DNA of 64,000 bases from Methanobacteriota archaeon (GCA_963787255.1 CAWBCJ010000029.1:1022936-1086935); one strand, 5' to 3'. Shown: positions 53,034 to 64,000, numbered from the stretch's first letter. Translations and numbers: made by a program. Notes: generated from the sequence alone by a model not told the origin.

Positions 53034-53930
53034 TCAGTATTTTGATTTGGGTGAATCATTGCACTTATCCTCAATTAATTTCCTTTTTCCTTTAAAAGGG
53101 CCTTTATTTTCAAGTTTTACTGAGGATGCAGCGGCAGCAAACACACCACATTTTTTTGGATCTTCTACTTCTAGTTTTCGTGCTGCATAAGCTGCCATGT
53201 AGGTGTCTCCAAGTCCTGTGGGGTCTTCTGTTTTTTGGGGCTTGAAAGCAGGAATTTCATACTTTTTTTTTGATTTTGATGAATAGATTATTGATCCACG
53301 GCTTCCGCAGGTTATAATAACTTCTTCAGGTCCATATGATGCAAGTATCCTTGCAGTTTCTTCCAGTGAATGTTTTTCTCCTAGAATAATCGCTGATTCA
53401 TTTTCATCTATAAAAAGAACATCAATATACTTCAAAAAATCTTTAAATCCTTTCCATGGTTTTAAGACAATTTTATCCCTGTCTAAATGTCTTAAGTATC
53501 CCTGTGCTCCAAGATAAATTGGTACTTTTAGTGTTGATAACTCTTCAATTGTTTTAAGAGGAATATCATAAGGGCAGAGAGGCCCTAAAAGAAGAACGTC
53601 TGAATCTTTAATCTGATCTGAAATGTTTTTTATTGGATTGCAAGGGATGTTTGCTTTCTGTATTCTGTGGTTGGGGTCATTATCGGGATAGATATTTTGA
53701 AATTTTATTGTATTGCTTATGTAAAGGGGAATAATGTCCACTTTTTTGGGAAAAGCTTTTAATAATTCCATATCGTCTCTTGAAATGGTTACAAATGCTT
53801 TGGTGTTAATTTCAAGGCTTGATAACACGTTTGATTGATAAAAAACTGGTCCCCCAGTGGATGTGTAACTGGAATTATCTTTTATTATGGTATCTTGAGC
53901 TACTGGGCCTATTAATGTTATCTGGGACAT
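53034..53930 (-). CDS. PfkB family carbohydrate kinase
   Basis: IGPVAQD, GGP, ITCGSRGS, EDPTGLGDTY. Confidence 0.9.
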   Translation of the reverse strand: MSQITLIGPVAQDTIIKDNSSYTSTGGPVFYQSNVLSSLEINTKAFVTISRDDMELLKAFPKKVDIIPLYISNTIKFQNIYPDNDPNHRIQKANIPCNPIKNISDQIKDSDVLLLGPLCPYDIPLKTIEELSTLKVPIYLGAQGYLRHLDRDKIVLKPWKGFKDFLKYIDVLFIDENESAIILGEKHSLEETARILASYGPEEVIITCGSRGSIIYSSKSKKKYEIPAFKPQKTEDPTGLGDTYMAAYAARKLEVEDPKKCGVFAAAASSVKLENKGPFKGKRKLIEDKCNDSPKSKY

Positions 53931-53972
53931 TATCATTACCTTTAAATTATTTTTTTTTATTTAAAACTAAAA

Positions 53973-54653
53973 TTAAATCTTTAAAATGCCTTTATGTAAT
54001 GCAGTACCAACTAAAAATTTATTTAATCCTGCATTTTCAAGTTGAATTATGTCTTTTTCTGTTATGCCCCCTCCAATAATCAAGGATTCTCCAACTTGGT
54101 CAAATTTTCTTATTAACTCTTTATTAACTCCACTTTCTGATCCTACCTTTGAAATATCTAGAAGTATAACTTCTAAAGGGTTTAATTCATTTATTTTTTC
54201 AATTAATTTATCGGACTTTATTTTTAGGTACCTACTGTATATTTTTCCATTTTTAATATCAATGGATATTATTATTTTGTCCTTTGGAAATCTGTTGAAA
54301 ATATGGGTTAGGTCTTCAATGTTTTTAAGGGTTTCAGTTGCAACTATAACTTTATCAGCTGCTTCAAGCGCATTTCCAACATCTTCTATATTGCTGGCAC
54401 CGCAGTCTAGCATTACAGATATATGTTGTTCATTAATATCTTTGACTATTTGAAAATTAAATCCTTTACCTTCTATGGCGTCTAAATCTGCAATGTAAAT
54501 TCTAGATGCTCCCGCATCAATTAATGCATTTGTAATTTTAAGAGGTGAAGATGAATTGTGGAATATGGTCTTCAAGGGTATGTATGTTTCCCTTTCACCT
54601 GATTTTCCGGATACTGCAGTTCCATTTTTTAAGTCTAAAACTGGTATTATCAT
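53973..54653 (-). CDS. HisA/HisF-related TIM-barrel protein (methanogen C1-cofactor-associated type)
   Basis: IIPVLDLKNG.AV.GKSGERETY.P, YIADLDAI, ATETL, LDISKVG, GGGI, LVGTALH. Confidence 0.85.
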   Translation of the reverse strand: MIIPVLDLKNGTAVSGKSGERETYIPLKTIFHNSSSPLKITNALIDAGASRIYIADLDAIEGKGFNFQIVKDINEQHISVMLDCGASNIEDVGNALEAADKVIVATETLKNIEDLTHIFNRFPKDKIIISIDIKNGKIYSRYLKIKSDKLIEKINELNPLEVILLDISKVGSESGVNKELIRKFDQVGESLIIGGGITEKDIIQLENAGLNKFLVGTALHKGILKI

Positions 54654-54715
54654 ATAATTGCATTTCTTTTTTTAATAAATGTATTTAACGTATATTTTAT
54701 TTAAAAATTAATTAT

Positions 54716-54833
54716 AAAAAAAAAGTTTATTTAGATGGATTAGGGCACGAATACATTGGAGCGAATTGGATTGTATGTGCCCTAATCATCTGGGGATTTA
54801 TCTCCCGGATTTGCAAAGGAGGGGTTGGAAAAC
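54716..54833 (-). ncRNA. Candidate structured small RNA
   Basis: GC-rich island in an AT-rich spacer: TATA-like ATATATA ~25 nt upstream, CCCCTCCTTT leader, GGGA-N6-TCCC hairpin, long AGATGATTAGGGCAC/GTGCCCTAATCCATCT stem, T9 tract. Confidence 0.55.
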
Positions 54834-54977
54834 TTTATTATTAATACTTTTATTTAGATATATATTACAAATTATAATATGGATTAGCTACTATTTAATA
54901 ATTTCTATTAAACTAGTATTATTACTCTTATTGAAAAAATCAGGAAATATAAATGCCCCAAAAAAAAGTTAAAATAT

Positions 54978-55232
54978 TTATAAATTCTCTTCAATTTCTT
55001 TAATTGCATAATCTGCAGCATCATCTGCAATTTGAGGATCTGCAGAAGATAAATCATCGAATATGATATTAACACTTACATCTACATCTAATTTATCGCT
55101 GTAGATAAGTTCCACGCTTATATCAATATCAATAATCTCTTTTTTTGAAACCCTAGATAAAACATAATTTTCAGCAGATGAAACTGCAATTTCTGAAATC
55201 TCATCCAGTTTAGCATCAGAAAGTTTATTCAA
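54978..55232 (-). CDS. DUF3194 family protein
   Basis: Acidic 84 aa; AENYVLSRVSKKEIIDIDI; conserved position after pfdB. Confidence 0.8.
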   Translation of the reverse strand: MNKLSDAKLDEISEIAVSSAENYVLSRVSKKEIIDIDISVELIYSDKLDVDVSVNIIFDDLSSADPQIADDAADYAIKEIEENL

Positions 55233-55242
55233 AGAAGAACCT

Positions 55243-55593
55243 CTACTGCGCCCCAGGACCTTGCATTACTTCTTGAAGAGAAGACTGCATTTCCTGAAGC
55301 CTGCTCATTATACGTTCTTCCTGCCTTTTGACAGTTTTTTCACGAAGCCGCAGAGTTTCAACTTTATCTTCAAGCTCTTTGGTCATATCGTCCTTTTTAA
55401 CTTTTATAAGCAAAGTTCCAGCTGTTTTATAAACATCAGCCTCATCATCAGTCTTTTTTAATTCTTCAAGAGCCTTTTCAGTCTCTTTAATCTGTAAGTC
55501 CACACTTTGTTTTTGCATTGCAATTGCCTGCGCTTGCTGTTGTGCTTGCTGGAATTGAGCTAATTGATGCTGTATATTTTGAGGAAGTTCCAT
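55243..55593 (-). CDS. pfdB: Prefoldin beta subunit
   Basis: MELPQNIQHQLAQFQQ..VYKTAGTLLIK coiled-coil hairpin. Confidence 0.95.
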   Translation of the reverse strand: MELPQNIQHQLAQFQQAQQQAQAIAMQKQSVDLQIKETEKALEELKKTDDEADVYKTAGTLLIKVKKDDMTKELEDKVETLRLREKTVKRQEERIMSRLQEMQSSLQEVMQGPGAQ

Positions 55594-55630
55594 TATTTCA
55601 CCCCTAAATGAATTTTTATTTTTAAATTAA

Positions 55631-55888
55631 TTAATATTGAATTTTTTGAACCTCATAAGACAGTATTATCCATCGAAGATACGAATTAAGTGATGCTCGA
55701 AGAGAAGGAGTATCCGCAGCATCAATTGTTAAGTATATACTGTTCCCATCTAAACTGGCAGTTACAGAAGACCGTTCAGACGGTGCAGTTTTAAGTTCAG
55801 GTTCTATCGTTTTTAAAACCACTTCCGCATCTTCCAAACTTTCAAATTTTATTTTAAACTCAGCCGTTATATGTTCAGGAATATTCAT
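55631..55888 (-). CDS. pcc1: KEOPS complex subunit Pcc1
   Basis: IEPE....SERS..IDAADTPSLRASLNSYLRW. Confidence 0.92.
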   Translation of the reverse strand: MNIPEHITAEFKIKFESLEDAEVVLKTIEPELKTAPSERSSVTASLDGNSIYLTIDAADTPSLRASLNSYLRWIILSYEVQKIQY

Positions 55889-56358
55889 TCAAATCTTCTA
55901 ACATAAATTTTAGGATTCACCATTGAACCAGCACTACCATAAAACTCAAAAATGGCTTTAATATCTCCTTCACCTTTTTTGACCCATATTATGTTCTCAT
56001 TTGAACTTCCCTGATCCTCATTTATTTCAAGGATATCCAAAAGCTTTTGTTTGAGTTCATCAATCTCGCATCTTAATACAGTCTTATCTGGATTTATCCT
56101 GCCTTTTAAATTTAAAATTGCCTCTGTAATGTAGAGAGTTAGCAGAATTTCACCCTTTTGATTATAGAATTCAATTCTGCTAGGGTTTCCCTTTACCTGG
56201 GAAACAACTGCAATTATTTTAAAGCCAGATGCTTTAATTAAAACATCGCGAAAACTCATTTTACCCCTATTAGCGTATGTAGCGTTTAACACGCGACTCA
56301 AGCTCTGGCAAAATGTTCTTGTTTTAGATGATGGTTTCCGTGACGTTGTTATAAACAT
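55885..56358 (-). CDS. Brix-domain ribosome biogenesis protein (Imp4-like)
   Basis: ITTSRKPSSKTRTF..NRGKMS..KGNP. Confidence 0.9.
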   Translation of the reverse strand: MFITTSRKPSSKTRTFCQSLSRVLNATYANRGKMSFRDVLIKASGFKIIAVVSQVKGNPSRIEFYNQKGEILLTLYITEAILNLKGRINPDKTVLRCEIDELKQKLLDILEINEDQGSSNENIIWVKKGEGDIKAIFEFYGSAGSMVNPKIYVRRFE

Positions 56359-56386
56359 TATAAAGGCCTTAAATGAAATATTTAGT

Positions 56387-56518
56387 TTATCTTGCTTTTA
56401 TGTCCCTTTTTACCGGTGGAATTTCTTTAAAAAGAATTCTGTACCTGCATTTTGGACATTTAGCTTCAGTATATCCTTTAAGATCGACTAAAGTACCGCA
56501 TTTTGCACATTTGTACAA
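56387..56518 (-). CDS. rpoP: DNA-directed RNA polymerase subunit P (Rpo12; not in ORF track)
   Basis: TTG directly after the rpl37ae stop; [43 protein letters not shown]. Confidence 0.93.
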   Translation of the reverse strand: MYKCAKCGTLVDLKGYTEAKCPKCRYRILFKEIPPVKRDIKAR

Positions 56519-56788
56519 TTATAAACCTCCAACTATCCTCTTGATATTCCTTGCTGCTGTCTTAGCCATAGGAGTTTGTGGAACATATGCACCGCCAGTA
56601 AATACTGTGTTACACTTTCTACATTTCCATATGCCTGTGCTTACTCTTTTAACAGCAACTCTATCACATTGAGGACATTTATGATTTTTCTTCATCTTTT
56701 CTTCTATACTTTTAACGGTTCTTTTTGCCTTTCTACCGTACCTAGGACCGAATCGTCCGGTAATTCCTACTTTTTTAGTTCTTGCCAT
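56519..56788 (-). CDS. rpl37ae: 50S ribosomal protein L37Ae (eL43)
   Basis: [32 protein letters not shown]. Confidence 0.97.
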   Translation of the reverse strand: MARTKKVGITGRFGPRYGRKAKRTVKSIEEKMKKNHKCPQCDRVAVKRVSTGIWKCRKCNTVFTGGAYVPQTPMAKTAARNIKRIVGGL

Positions 56789-56842
56789 TATATCACTCCG
56801 TAAATATTAATTTTTTAATATAAGCAAGTAATTTAGCCTTGC

Positions 56843-57634
56843 TTACGGTAAATGTTCTCTAAGTTCTTTTGTTTTTTCAATCGCTAAATTAACTGCTTTC
56901 ATCACTTGTTCTCGACTTAGTGGATCTTCTCCACCCTTTTGCATCGCACACATGCTACTGTCTTCTCTCATACCAATTGAAATTCTAGCACCCATAATAT
57001 TTTCTTCTTCAAGAGATGGATCAACAATTAACTCATCACCTAACTTTGCAAATGTACACATTAAAGGCTTTTCTTTAATTGGTAATTCAACTAAATTTTC
57101 TTCGTCAAGGACTACTTTATCATCTTCAATTTTTGCAGTTGGTATTTTTGTATTCATGAGAGCAGCTACACTCCCTAAAACTGCAGCATCCAGTAGATTG
57201 CCATCATAGTCTAAAACATGAAGATCTAAAAATAGCATCCATACTTTTTCACCTTCTAATATACATAGTTTTTCAAGGTCTACCATTTTACCTTCTCTTA
57301 AACAACGATCTGTAACTCTTGAAAGTTCAACTGATCTATCATCAGGTGGTCCTGATTCAAATGTTGGGGATGCCATTGGTAATAATTCAGAATTAGTCAT
57401 CAATACACCTACATTTGGTGTATCTGGAAATGGAGTGCCTATTTGGGGTTTTACACCAATCATTATTTGAGTGTTACCTATTTTAACCCTTGCAGAACCT
57501 TCAGCCTTTTCAATTACTCCAACTTCAACAGATATATCTCTGTATTCATTAGGAGATCTGCCATCTGCACGCTCTCCGTTTTTAATAAGTTCTATTATAC
57601 TTTTCTTTGTAATTTCAGGGACTATATTAACCAT
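56843..57634 (-). CDS. rrp42: Exosome complex component Rrp42
   Basis: [39 protein letters not shown]. Confidence 0.96.
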   Translation of the reverse strand: MVNIVPEITKKSIIELIKNGERADGRSPNEYRDISVEVGVIEKAEGSARVKIGNTQIMIGVKPQIGTPFPDTPNVGVLMTNSELLPMASPTFESGPPDDRSVELSRVTDRCLREGKMVDLEKLCILEGEKVWMLFLDLHVLDYDGNLLDAAVLGSVAALMNTKIPTAKIEDDKVVLDEENLVELPIKEKPLMCTFAKLGDELIVDPSLEEENIMGARISIGMREDSSMCAMQKGGEDPLSREQVMKAVNLAIEKTKELREHLP

Positions 57635-58346
57635 TTTCTTCACCATACCTGTTTTTTATGGCTTCTCTTTGTGCTGCACTAATCTTTTTGCAGCCTTCAA
57701 TTGCAAGGTCCAACGCTTTTTCAAACTCGTCGGGAGTCAAGTGCCCATCCATTTGAAGAAGTGTAATTTTGCCGAATCTTGGCATAATTGCCACTGGTAA
57801 ATCTGCTTCTCCCTCTTTATCTTCATCTTCTGAAAGATCAAGCACGACTTTGCCATCTGCTTTTCCAGCAGCACATGAAACTACTAAATCCCTCATTGGT
57901 ACTCCTGCATCTGCTAAAGCCACTGAAGCGGCTGTTATTCCTGCACATCTTGTGCCCCCTTCAGCTTCCAGTACTTCTATAAACACATCAATTGTTGATC
58001 TTGGGAATTTTTCTAAAAATACGGCTGGTCTAAGTGCATCTGCGGTTATTTTTGATATTTCTACAGATCTTCTATCTGGTCCCGGTCTTTTTCGGTCTCC
58101 AACGGAAAATGGTGCCATATTGTATCTGCACCTTATAACTGCCATGTCTGGTCTCATTATTCTCCTTACGTGAAGTTCTCTTGGACCATATACTGCAGCT
58201 AGAACTTTGTTTCCTCCAATTTCAAGATAAGCAGATCCATCTGCTCTTTCTAAAACGCCTGCCTCTATTTTTAATGGTCTTAATTCGTTAAAATCTCTTC
58301 CATCTGCTCTTAAATTGTTATTGTTATTTAATAGGATAATAATCAC
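57627..58346 (-). CDS. rrp41: Exosome complex exonuclease Rrp41
   Basis: [47 protein letters not shown]. Confidence 0.97.
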   Translation of the reverse strand: MIIILLNNNNNLRADGRDFNELRPLKIEAGVLERADGSAYLEIGGNKVLAAVYGPRELHVRRIMRPDMAVIRCRYNMAPFSVGDRKRPGPDRRSVEISKITADALRPAVFLEKFPRSTIDVFIEVLEAEGGTRCAGITAASVALADAGVPMRDLVVSCAAGKADGKVVLDLSEDEDKEGEADLPVAIMPRFGKITLLQMDGHLTPDEFEKALDLAIEGCKKISAAQREAIKNRYGEENG

Positions 58347-58348
58347 CC

Positions 58349-59104
58349 CTATAATTGGTCTTCATCAGGTTCAGGGACTTCCTCTACTTCCGCTTCCTCT
58401 TCTTCTTCTTCTTCTTCTTCTTCTTCTTCAATTTCTTTACCAAGAAGTTCAGAAAGCATATTTCTTACTCTATCTGTTAATCCCGAGGTGTGTGCCTGTT
58501 CTTCAATCATATTTATTACTTTTTCAGCAACCCTTTCCATCATTGGGTCACCTTTAACCCATACCACTCCATTTTGACCAACTATAATGTCACAATGTGT
58601 TTCATCTTTTATCATGTTAATCATGGAACCTTTCTTACCAATGAGTCGCGGTACCTTAGTTGGGGTTATGTAAATCAGAATTCCACCTCTAAATTTACCC
58701 AATCCTCTACCTTTTAAACCTAGCTTTACCTTTTTGACCTCGTCTACATCAACTACTCTTAAAAAAAGAACGTCCCCTACATCAAATGCTTTATTCAATT
58801 CTCTTTTCTCTTTCCCGAAAACATCTGAGGCGGGTAAAAAACCGGAATAAGGAGAATTAACATCTAAATTCCACATGGAAAATCTTATATCGGTAATTTC
58901 TCCAATTACCACATCTCCTCTTTTTGGGATATATTTACTCTGTAAAGGAATAACACTTACTTTTTTATCTCTTACAGCTACTAATCCAACAAGAGATGAG
59001 CATATATTCTTTCCTTCTTTAAAAGTTCCCCTTCCTGTATGATATTCATCATCTGCAAGAACATCTCCAGGAACTACTAAATCTTTATCTTCTACAAATA
59101 TCAC
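58349..59104 (-). CDS. rrp4: Exosome RNA-binding protein Rrp4 (S1+KH) with acidic tail
   Basis: [44 protein letters not shown]. Confidence 0.96.
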   Translation of the reverse strand: MIFVEDKDLVVPGDVLADDEYHTGRGTFKEGKNICSSLVGLVAVRDKKVSVIPLQSKYIPKRGDVVIGEITDIRFSMWNLDVNSPYSGFLPASDVFGKEKRELNKAFDVGDVLFLRVVDVDEVKKVKLGLKGRGLGKFRGGILIYITPTKVPRLIGKKGSMINMIKDETHCDIIVGQNGVVWVKGDPMMERVAEKVINMIEEQAHTSGLTDRVRNMLSELLGKEIEEEEEEEEEEEEAEVEEVPEPDEDQL

Positions 59105-59150
59105 GTTCTGCCTCCTTTTTGTGGAAAGCCATAAAATTAAAAGAAATTAT

Positions 59151-59843
59151 CTATAATACCTTGGTTTCCACTTGCCCGCCAGTAAGCTCGTTTAATTTTC
59201 TATCAAAGCTTTCTTGCAGGCCTCCAGGCACTTCAACCACAGCTATCCATGATCCATCTTTTTGCCATTCTTCCCTTTTTTTCTTTCCAAATTCTGAGAT
59301 AACTGAATATACTTTTCCAGTGTAATCTCCAGGGATTTTGATTATAATGTCTACCTTCTCAAACCTTATTGGTATTTTAACGCGAATGGCCTTAAGGACA
59401 GTGTTTACCTGTTCATCGACACTTTTAAATGGATCAATGTGAATTTTAGCCTCTTCCATGGCTATTTCTATTCTTCTTGAAGGATGAGGAAGTTTTGTCT
59501 GTGGGTTTATGGCTTCTCTTGTTATTTTTGCAATGATCTTTTTTCTTTTCTCTTCTTGCATCTCTTTTCGCTGCTGGGCGGTTAACTGAACCTGGCCTTT
59601 CTTAATGATTATGGCCGCGGCTTCAAGGGGATCTGTGCTCTCGAAAGCCTTCATCATGGCTTCCTCAGATGCTTTATCTCCCTTCTTTGCATCCTTGAAT
59701 ATTTCCTCAACAGCTAATATTTTTTCTATTTCTATTTCTTTGCCCCTTTTAAAATCGGAAGCAAGTTCTGGATCTACAAGAATTTCAAAATGTTCTCCGT
59801 AATATTCCAGACGTGCTATAACTGAATTTTCAAGAGTAACCAT
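59151..59843 (-). CDS. Ribosome maturation factor SBDS/Sdo1
   Basis: IARL...[35 protein letters not shown]. Confidence 0.95.
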   Translation of the reverse strand: MVTLENSVIARLEYYGEHFEILVDPELASDFKRGKEIEIEKILAVEEIFKDAKKGDKASEEAMMKAFESTDPLEAAAIIIKKGQVQLTAQQRKEMQEEKRKKIIAKITREAINPQTKLPHPSRRIEIAMEEAKIHIDPFKSVDEQVNTVLKAIRVKIPIRFEKVDIIIKIPGDYTGKVYSVISEFGKKKREEWQKDGSWIAVVEVPGGLQESFDRKLNELTGGQVETKVL

Positions 59844-59846
59844 TTT

Positions 59847-60620
<774 letters not shown>

Positions 60621-60828
60621 ATATATACCTCTCTATTATTTTTCAATTACGTATATGAATCTAATTTTTTATTTCAGTTTAAATAAAGTTTATTACTCTT
60701 TTTTAATCAATTTATTTTTTAAATTAATTAAAACTATTTATATAATCGGAGTTGGAAAATAATTTGGAACTCCGTTCATGATGAATTTAAAAAAATTCAA
60801 ACATATGTTTATAAACTATTTATTTATG

Positions 60829-61197
60829 TTAGTCTTCTAGTTTAATAAACTTTTTTATTGCTGATTTAATTGTCCCTGAAATACCAAGTGTATGAAAGAC
60901 CACCTTTCTACCCTTGAATTTTGCTATGAGTAATACAGCAGCTCTTACTGAGCTAACTTCATCTCTGTTACACTGAATAATTCCTTTAATCACGTTTATA
61001 TCTTTTGATTCTATTTTCCAGACTTTCATAATCCATAAATCGAATTTACTTGTTTTACATTCGCCGTGAAAATTTAATGATGCTTCCCATACAAGAGATA
61101 TCACATCATCCCGGTTTAAAGGAATTTCTGAAATTGCTTCAAAAGATAAGTACCTTTTGTCGTTTCTAAGTGTAGGAGGCAGTATCTTGAGTTTCAT
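60829..61197 (-). CDS. rnp2: RNase P protein component 2 (Pop5)
   Basis: LPPTLR..KRYL, TLGISGTIK. Confidence 0.93.
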   Translation of the reverse strand: MKLKILPPTLRNDKRYLSFEAISEIPLNRDDVISLVWEASLNFHGECKTSKFDLWIMKVWKIESKDINVIKGIIQCNRDEVSSVRAAVLLIAKFKGRKVVFHTLGISGTIKSAIKKFIKLED

Positions 61198-61209
61198 TTA
61201 TAATCCTCG

Positions 61210-61890
61210 CTATTTGATTATTCTTGCTCCGTTTACAACTACATTTTTCCTTATCTTGTTTCTTTCTATGATATTAATAGGAGTTTTTGATAATGAATTT
61301 TCAGCTTCCTTTTTAGTCATTCCAAAACAACAGGCAAGGGCAATTATATCCTCGGGAGTCCGGAAATCATATATTGAATATGCATTGCTGGATATTACTG
61401 TTGGAAACCCGAATTTACGATGTATTTTAATAATCTGTCTAAACTGACTCAGCAACTTGGCTCTTAATGAAAGTCTAGTTTTAATTAGAGGATTGATACT
61501 TAATTCGATTGCAACTTCATTTTCTGAAGCTTTTTTTGCCAGAACATGATTTATACCGCTGTCTCTACGGTTTTTATAGGGATGTGCCAATATATCCACT
61601 CTTGGATCTTCACATGCGGCTCTATTTATCTTTAAATTTCCCCCATTTACTATTATAACATCTTCTTTTTCTCTATAATTCTGGACTTTCTTTTTTAAAT
61701 CTTCAGGGTTTTTAGCATAGATTTCTACTCCGCTGAAGATGTTGAAATCATCTTTAATTTCTTTAATATTATCAGATTTCTTGGAGTTATAATTTTTAGA
61801 AGATTGAATAATTGCAGTGCCATTATATCCCAGCCTTTGTACTTCAAAGGCGTATTTGGAGTCTCCATGAACATGGAAGTCAAAAAACAT
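61210..61890 (-). CDS. rnp3: RNase P protein component 3 (Rpp30)
   Basis: DFHVH, GGNLKINRAACE..VDIL.HP, GINHVLAK.A..N.VAIE, R.PED. Confidence 0.93.
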   Translation of the reverse strand: MFFDFHVHGDSKYAFEVQRLGYNGTAIIQSSKNYNSKKSDNIKEIKDDFNIFSGVEIYAKNPEDLKKKVQNYREKEDVIIVNGGNLKINRAACEDPRVDILAHPYKNRRDSGINHVLAKKASENEVAIELSINPLIKTRLSLRAKLLSQFRQIIKIHRKFGFPTVISSNAYSIYDFRTPEDIIALACCFGMTKKEAENSLSKTPINIIERNKIRKNVVVNGARIIK

Positions 61891-61893
61891 TTA

Positions 61894-62316
61894 TTATTCA
61901 CCAAAAATTTCTTTTGCCAGTTCCATGGCTTTATCTTTCTTTGCAGGATATGCTGCTATTTTTATTTTAACGTGAACAGCGTCTCCATGTTCAATAATCT
62001 TTAAATCTCCACGATATGCTCTCTGCTTGTCAAATCTAAGAAATAAATTTCCTTTATCATCCATTTTATTGTTCAATTCATTTAAAACTCTTTTTTTAGT
62101 GGATGAATCAAGATTTTGTAATATTTTAATAAATTCTTTAGTTTCGCGTTTTTTACTTAGTTTATCATGTAATATTAAAACAGGATTTTTAAAATAGCCT
62201 TCAATAGTTTCTGTTTGAGGATGAGAATTTGGAAAGAGAGTTTTAATCGCTTCTCTAACCTTTTCCTCGTTTTCTGTTCCATAAACAAATACGCGATATG
62301 AAATGTTATGGATCAT
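61894..62316 (-). CDS. Archaeal RNA-binding protein of the exosome superoperon
   Basis: VYGTENEEKV..A, EGYFKNP, FLRFDKQ.A, KIAAYPA. Confidence 0.85.
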   Translation of the reverse strand: MIHNISYRVFVYGTENEEKVREAIKTLFPNSHPQTETIEGYFKNPVLILHDKLSKKRETKEFIKILQNLDSSTKKRVLNELNNKMDDKGNLFLRFDKQRAYRGDLKIIEHGDAVHVKIKIAAYPAKKDKAMELAKEIFGE

Positions 62317-62357
62317 GGAAATTCTTACCTTTTATTTTTGCTCAAAATAAAAGAATT

Positions 62358-62909
62358 TTAGGATCCTCTTACTTTTTCAGCGCCTTTTCCTTTTGCTCGA
62401 AGTCCACGGGTCTTTTTACCTTCACTGGTGAGTCCACGGTGCACACGTCCTGTGTGCTGGTTTTCACAGATCCAGTTAATGTTCTCGTCGTTTTTAATTG
62501 ATGGACTATTTGGATCAACTAATATAACTTCAAAGAACTTGAATTTTCCGTCTTCCCATACCCAGTATGAGTTTAAAACTTCTAAGTTAGGGTATTTTCG
62601 CGCTACTCTTTCTTCAGCAATTCTTTTCAAGGATTTTATAGGAGTTATTTTGTTTACACCCATTCTCTTAGGCTTTCTTCCAGCAGTAAATCTTGATTTA
62701 CGCCTTCCACCACGTCTAACTCTTGTTCTTACAACAACATATCCCTTTTTAGCTTTATATCCCAGGGATCTTGCCCTGTCAATTCTTGTAGGTCTATCTA
62801 TCCTTTGAATGACGCTTTCTCTTCTCCAAATTGGGGCTCTTTCTCTCATGAGCTCCTTAACGAAGGAATTGTCAGGATTTTTCCATGCGTCTCTTATATA
62901 TTTATACAT
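62358..62909 (-). CDS. rpl15e: 50S ribosomal protein L15e (eL15)
   Basis: [46 protein letters not shown]; RBS GAGGTG. Confidence 0.97.
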   Translation of the reverse strand: MYKYIRDAWKNPDNSFVKELMRERAPIWRRESVIQRIDRPTRIDRARSLGYKAKKGYVVVRTRVRRGGRRKSRFTAGRKPKRMGVNKITPIKSLKRIAEERVARKYPNLEVLNSYWVWEDGKFKFFEVILVDPNSPSIKNDENINWICENQHTGRVHRGLTSEGKKTRGLRAKGKGAEKVRGS

Positions 62910-62917
62910 TAAAAAAC

Positions 62918-62965
62918 ACCTCTTTTGTTCAGCTTTCGCCACATCCATGGGACTATGTCCCAAAA
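62918..62965 (-). promoter_or_regulatory. Structured 5' leader of rpl15e (candidate ribosomal-protein leader)
   Basis: TGGGAC-ATA-GTCCCA hairpin, then GC-GAAA-GC GNRA hairpin, just before the RBS. Confidence 0.55.
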
Positions 62966-63258
62966 AAAGATTTTTTCACCAAATTGGTGATGATCATTAT
63001 TAGTTTAAGTCTATATAAAAAGGTTTTGATTTAAAATATTTTTCAATTTTTTATTCTACTTTGGATGTTGATATTATAAATTTTTATTGAGTTTGGGGGG
63101 TGGACGTTTATATTTTTGGTATAAAATAAATGAATATTTTAACATTTAAGTCAGTATAAAAGGTTATGATAGAATATATTAAATATCAGGTATTTTTAAA
63201 TATTTTTACACCAATATCATAAAAGGAGTAAAATAAGCTTATTTAGGGGTTTCATTTC

Positions 63259-64000
63259 ATGAGTAACAAAAAAAAATTGTACGACATGGAAATATTGCGT
63301 GCAATGGCAATAATAATGATAGTTTATATTCATATTGCCCCTTATTTTGGTTTTGGTCTCTTTTATCAATCTCTTGTTCCAATAAATAAAGTGATAGTGG
63401 AAATTGGCCTTAGTTTGTTTTTCTTTGTTTCAGGATTTGTTTTATATTATAATTATCCAAAAATATCTTTAAAAAATCTGGAAAATTTTTATTACAAAAG
63501 GGTCAAAAGAATATATCCTCTCTATTTGTTTACAATTATCTTAGGATATGGACTCTCATTTTTTTTACCTTGGAACAAAATGGACTTTTTATCAGTTTTA
63601 ATTATTGTATTTGGTCTTCAAGGGATTTTTCCTCCATGGGTTCCTAATGCAATAACTCTTTTTTGGCTATGGTTTGTTGGTGTTTTATTAGTATATTATT
63701 ATATTTACCCAGTTTTTACAAGGTTTAGAAGTATAATTCACATATTTTTAACTGCTTTAACTATATTCATTATTATATTATTCTTAGAAAGCAAATTTGG
63801 CATAATGGAACCATTAGTATCTTTCTATTGGTTATTTTTCTTAGGGATAGCTTTATGCTGGTTGAATGAAAACTATAAGAGCTTAAAATTTAATACAAAT
63901 AAATTATTTTCAAAAAATAATCAAAAAAAATTATTTTTGAATTATATATTCCCTATTTTACTTGTGATTTTATTAATATTCATTTATTCTAAATTAAATT
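63259..64000 (+). CDS. Acyltransferase family 3 (OafA-like), 3'-truncated by window edge
   Basis: MEILRAMAIIMIV..H, GLSLFFFVSGF, FYYKRVKRIYPLY, LWFVG....YY; no stop seen before the window end. Confidence 0.88.
   Translation, partial: MSNKKKLYDMEILRAMAIIMIVYIHIAPYFGFGLFYQSLVPINKVIVEIGLSLFFFVSGFVLYYNYPKISLKNLENFYYKRVKRIYPLYLFTIILGYGLSFFLPWNKMDFLSVLIIVFGLQGIFPPWVPNAITLFWLWFVGVLLVYYYIYPVFTRFRSIIHIFLTALTIFIIILFLESKFGIMEPLVSFYWLFFLGIALCWLNENYKSLKFNTNKLFSKNNQKKLFLNYIFPILLVILLIFIYSKLN

Noticed and set aside
54766-54972. 68-aa plus-strand ORF
   Set aside because: No RBS at its start, low-complexity AT-derived composition, and it overlaps the structured RNA candidate.
56373-56672. 99-aa plus-strand ORF
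   Set aside because: Antisense to rpoP and rpl37ae.
62910-62963. N-terminal extension of eL15 in the ORF track
   Set aside because: RBS and homology indicate a start at 62909; this region is a structured leader.

Overview
AT-rich archaeal chromosomal window, most consistent with a Methanobacterium (Methanobacteriales), judged from pseudomurein-binding repeats, sortase, DapL, archaeal GluRS/GGPP synthase and the exosome-proteasome-RNase P-prefoldin superoperon. Core genes sit at both ends: idsA-gltX-dapL-purA (1-6.6 kb) and rpl15e to pfdB (55-63 kb). Between them lie about 48 kb of accessory genes: an ArsR-controlled bacterial-type LonA, a PIN/AbrB TA pair, an SNase-like nuclease, a papain-like protease, zinc-ribbon proteins, a GT20/GHMP-kinase pair, PadR, a ClC channel, an AlkZ-like glycosylase, an Nmad3-like protein, a pseudomurein-binding M14 peptidase, an ExoIII/Hrq1-like/SWIM repair cluster and a PsbP-sortase fusion. 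I saw no tRNA, rRNA, CRISPR array, transposase or integrase. The most interesting non-obvious signals are: (i) a candidate ~115-nt sRNA with an exposed anti-Shine-Dalgarno motif at 54.72-54.83 kb; (ii) two perfect TGTGA-N6-TCACA (CRP-type) palindromes upstream of unrelated bacterial-like genes; (iii) a triple tandem PadR-type operator; (iv) an unannotated ADP-ribosylglycohydrolase pseudogene; (v) several small ORFs missed by the ORF track. Several frameshifts, most in homopolymer runs, suggest indel errors in the assembly. All family assignments are from motif recognition, not database searches.
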